Source: Raphidiopsis brookii D9
GTDB taxonomy: Bacteria; Cyanobacteriota; Cyanobacteriia; Cyanobacteriales; Nostocaceae
Length of the DNA stretch: 32,000 bases
NCBI GenBank assembly: GCA_000175855.1
Contig: ACYB01000042.1
Location: forward strand, 210,001-242,000
Direction: 5' to 3'
The notes under the pieces were generated by a model. It had not been told where the DNA came from and did not search any database. It saw only the letters and a program-made list of their open reading frames with translations. Both the position numbers and the translations under genes were made by a program. Below, one piece after another: positions 29,609 to 32,000 of the stretch (positions are counted from its first letter, which is position 1; every line of letters begins with the position of its first letter).

Positions 29609-30505
29609 ATGAAAAGACGAAAATTTTTTTTACTATGCGGTTTAGGTGCACTAGGATTAACTGTTGTAAGCAAAAACCTGACTAACAAAAACAGTCAAAA
29701 TGCTACCCCCAAGACTGCTATAGCTGGGAATGTCCAACCCCAGGGACCATTACTGCGATTTGTTTCCGTAGCAGACACGGGGACAGGAGATAAAGGACAG
29801 TATGCAGTAGCAAAAGCGATGAATGAATATCATCAAAAAAAACCCTACAACCTGATTATTTTGGCTGGAGACAACATTTATAACAATGGGGAAATTGAGA
29901 AAGTAGAAGCAGTTTTTGAACGTCCCTATCAACCCTTACTGGAAAAAGGCGTGAAATTTCATGCTTGCTTGGGCAATCACGACATTAGAACCGATAATGG
30001 TGTGCCTCAAGTCAATTATCCCAAATTTAACATGTTAGGGAGATACTATACCTTCACTCGAGAAAACGTTCAGTTTTTTGCTTTAGATACTAATGGCAAT
30101 GCGGACTGGAAAAATCAACTAATTTGGTTGGATAAAGAACTCAACTCCAGCAAAGCTGTTTGGAAGATAGTATTTGGTCATCACCCAATTTATGCTTCTG
30201 GTGTTTATGGGAGCAATGCCAATTTCATCAAAACCTTCACCCCCATATTTCAAAAGTATGGAGTTCAACTTTACATTAATGGTCACGAACATCATTATGA
30301 GCGAACTAAACCCATTAATGGCACAACCTATCTGATTTGTGGTGCAGGTGCGGGAAGTCGTCCCGTTGGTCGCTCCCCATGGACAGAATACTCTACTAGG
30401 GATTTGAGTTTTGCTGCTTATGATGTTTATGCAGATAGGATGGAAATTAACGCTATTGATACAAATAATCGTGTTTTTGATCGAGCAGTAATTCAAAGTA
30501 ATTAA
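29609..30505 (+). CDS. Secreted metallophosphoesterase (purple-acid-phosphatase-like)
   Basis: Signal-peptide-like N-terminus. Calcineurin-like motifs DTGTGD, GDNIY, GNHD, GHHP and GHEHHYER. Confidence 0.85.
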   Translation: MKRRKFFLLCGLGALGLTVVSKNLTNKNSQNATPKTAIAGNVQPQGPLLRFVSVADTGTGDKGQYAVAKAMNEYHQKKPYNLIILAGDNIYNNGEIEKVEAVFERPYQPLLEKGVKFHACLGNHDIRTDNGVPQVNYPKFNMLGRYYTFTRENVQFFALDTNGNADWKNQLIWLDKELNSSKAVWKIVFGHHPIYASGVYGSNANFIKTFTPIFQKYGVQLYINGHEHHYERTKPINGTTYLICGAGAGSRPVGRSPWTEYSTRDLSFAAYDVYADRMEINAIDTNNRVFDRAVIQSN

Positions 30506-31365
30506 GCAATTACTGATTGAAAAACAGTGCTGTTGTCCACCCTGTACATAAACTCCTTAGCCAGCGCTATCATGGTTTCATGGACATCACCATATTTTTG
30601 TTTATAGGTTAACTGGTGGTCAAAATCCAATCCTTCAGCTATTTTCGATCTTTCTGGAATTTTGATCGTAAAAGTGGGAGGTAATAGAGGATTAACAGTA
30701 ATAAAATTCAAATTATGTGTTTGAGAGCTAGTACCATTATAGCGGGAGATTATGGTACCCATAGGAGTGATGTGATGGTCATATTCTTTTTTAAATAGTC
30801 TGAGTTTTTCCAGGAGTAATTCCAGACCATGAATTGACATGCGACTGGGTACACAGGGGATTAAACAAAAATCGCTAGCGTAGAAGGCACTTTTGATCAC
30901 AGTGTTGATGCTAGGTGGACAATCAATGAGAACATAGTCATATTGTTCTTTTAAGGGTGTAAGAATGTTATGTAAAATAGCTACAGCATTAGCTGGTAAG
31001 TACTCTTGAACATCAAATAGTCTGGGACTACTAGGAATTAAATGCAGACAGTTAAAAGAGTTTTTATTTCTGACATTAGAAACCTGGTCTTGAACAATGA
31101 ACCTTGTACTATGGGGTTTTTCCAGGAAGTAATCGACATTTTTCAGTAAGAAAGGTAGAGTTAAACCCTTTTGGTCATATTCCCACTCCCATACATCTTC
31201 CGACATCATAGCACTAGTGAGATTAGTTTGGGGATCCAAGTCAATCAGAAGCACCCGTTTGTCATATATGGTGTCACCTGCTAAATATTCTGCTAAGGTC
31301 ATTACTAGAGTGGTTTTACCCACTCCACCTTTGAGGTTACAGATACTAATTACTTTGGCAGTCAT
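30502..31365 (-). CDS. ParA/MinD-family P-loop ATPase (orphan)
   Basis: Deviant Walker A with the signature lysine (NLKGGVGKTT), DLDPQ and VLIDCPPS motifs. 287 aa. Confidence 0.85.
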   Translation of the reverse strand: MTAKVISICNLKGGVGKTTLVMTLAEYLAGDTIYDKRVLLIDLDPQTNLTSAMMSEDVWEWEYDQKGLTLPFLLKNVDYFLEKPHSTRFIVQDQVSNVRNKNSFNCLHLIPSSPRLFDVQEYLPANAVAILHNILTPLKEQYDYVLIDCPPSINTVIKSAFYASDFCLIPCVPSRMSIHGLELLLEKLRLFKKEYDHHITPMGTIISRYNGTSSQTHNLNFITVNPLLPPTFTIKIPERSKIAEGLDFDHQLTYKQKYGDVHETMIALAKEFMYRVDNSTVFQSVIA

Positions 31366-31412
31366 AGTTTTTGGTAGATGGCTAGGTAGTCAATTATAGC
31401 GTTTCCTTACTT

Positions 31413-32000
31413 ATGGATAATCAGGAAAATAGTTGGCATGGAAAACTCGAGTTAGTCTATGCTCAACGCCAAAACTCCACCCAATTAATGTTCAGTCACA
31501 ATCAAGCACCCTTAAAAGTACAACGCCCTTTTTATCCAGAAGGTGAAAAAATATGTCACAGTGTGATTCTGCATACCGCTGGAGGTGTGGTAGCAGGCGA
31601 TCGCCTGAGTTCAAATATTCACTTACAATCGGAGACGGACGTACTAATAACCACAGCAGCTGCCAGTAAAATTTATCGGAGCAATGGATTGTATGCGAAA
31701 CAAACAGTAAGCATCAAAATAGATAGAGGATCATGTTTAGAATACCTACCTCAAGAGACAATAGTATTTAATGGTGGGAGATATAGACAAGACGTGCGGA
31801 TAGAATTAGGAGAAGGGAGTAGTTTTATAGGGTGGGAAATCAGTAGATTGGGGAGAACAGCAAGAGGGGAAAAATTCCTGGAAGGGGAAATGCTATCCCA
31901 CACAGAAATATGGCAAGGGGAAGTACCACTATGGATAGACAGACAACATATACCTGGTGGTGTAGAAGCATTTTACAACCCTCATAGTTTAAAAGGGAAC
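31413..32000 (+). CDS. ureD: Urease accessory protein UreD, 5' part (runs off the window)
   Basis: Own translation from the ATG at 31413: MDNQENSWHGKLELVYAQRQ...APLKVQRPFYPEG...HTAGGVVAGDRL...YLPQETIVFNGGRYRQ. The frame is open to the window end. It is not in the ORF track because no stop lies inside the window. Confidence 0.85.
   Translation, partial: MDNQENSWHGKLELVYAQRQNSTQLMFSHNQAPLKVQRPFYPEGEKICHSVILHTAGGVVAGDRLSSNIHLQSETDVLITTAAASKIYRSNGLYAKQTVSIKIDRGSCLEYLPQETIVFNGGRYRQDVRIELGEGSSFIGWEISRLGRTARGEKFLEGEMLSHTEIWQGEVPLWIDRQHIPGGVEAFYNPHSLKGN

Overview
AT-rich chromosomal segment from a cyanobacterium, probably a filamentous Nostocales-type organism. Support for this: 10 copies of the HIP1 palindrome GCGATCGC, Ycf51, DUF3326, a plant-type ferredoxin, and a giant Ser/Thr-kinase/GAF/His-kinase protein. 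Most of the window is housekeeping: trpS, metF, coaD, lgt, cobM, ribF, hemB, queC, initiator tRNA, ureD. No CRISPR array, IS transposase, prophage or recognisable defence island was found. Three things stand out. (1) A 2.26 kb ORF-containing group II intron (19486-21749) sits inside the anticodon of a tRNA(CAU) gene. Ribozyme domains V and VI look intact, but the intron-encoded protein has lost reverse-transcriptase catalytic residues (YADD->YAHD and others) while keeping the maturase region, which resembles chloroplast trnK/matK. (2) An uncharacterised chromosomal cassette encodes a ParM-like actin-fold ATPase and a translationally coupled small protein with a putative RHH, a coiled coil and an acidic tail (24599-26208). 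A separate orphan ParA ATPase lies at 30502-31365. (3) Three genes are broken by five frameshifts. Each is explained by one missing base in a short homopolymer, so this is either systematic sequencing error or genome erosion. A truncated DUF21 gene remnant and a 51-bp coding tandem repeat are also present.
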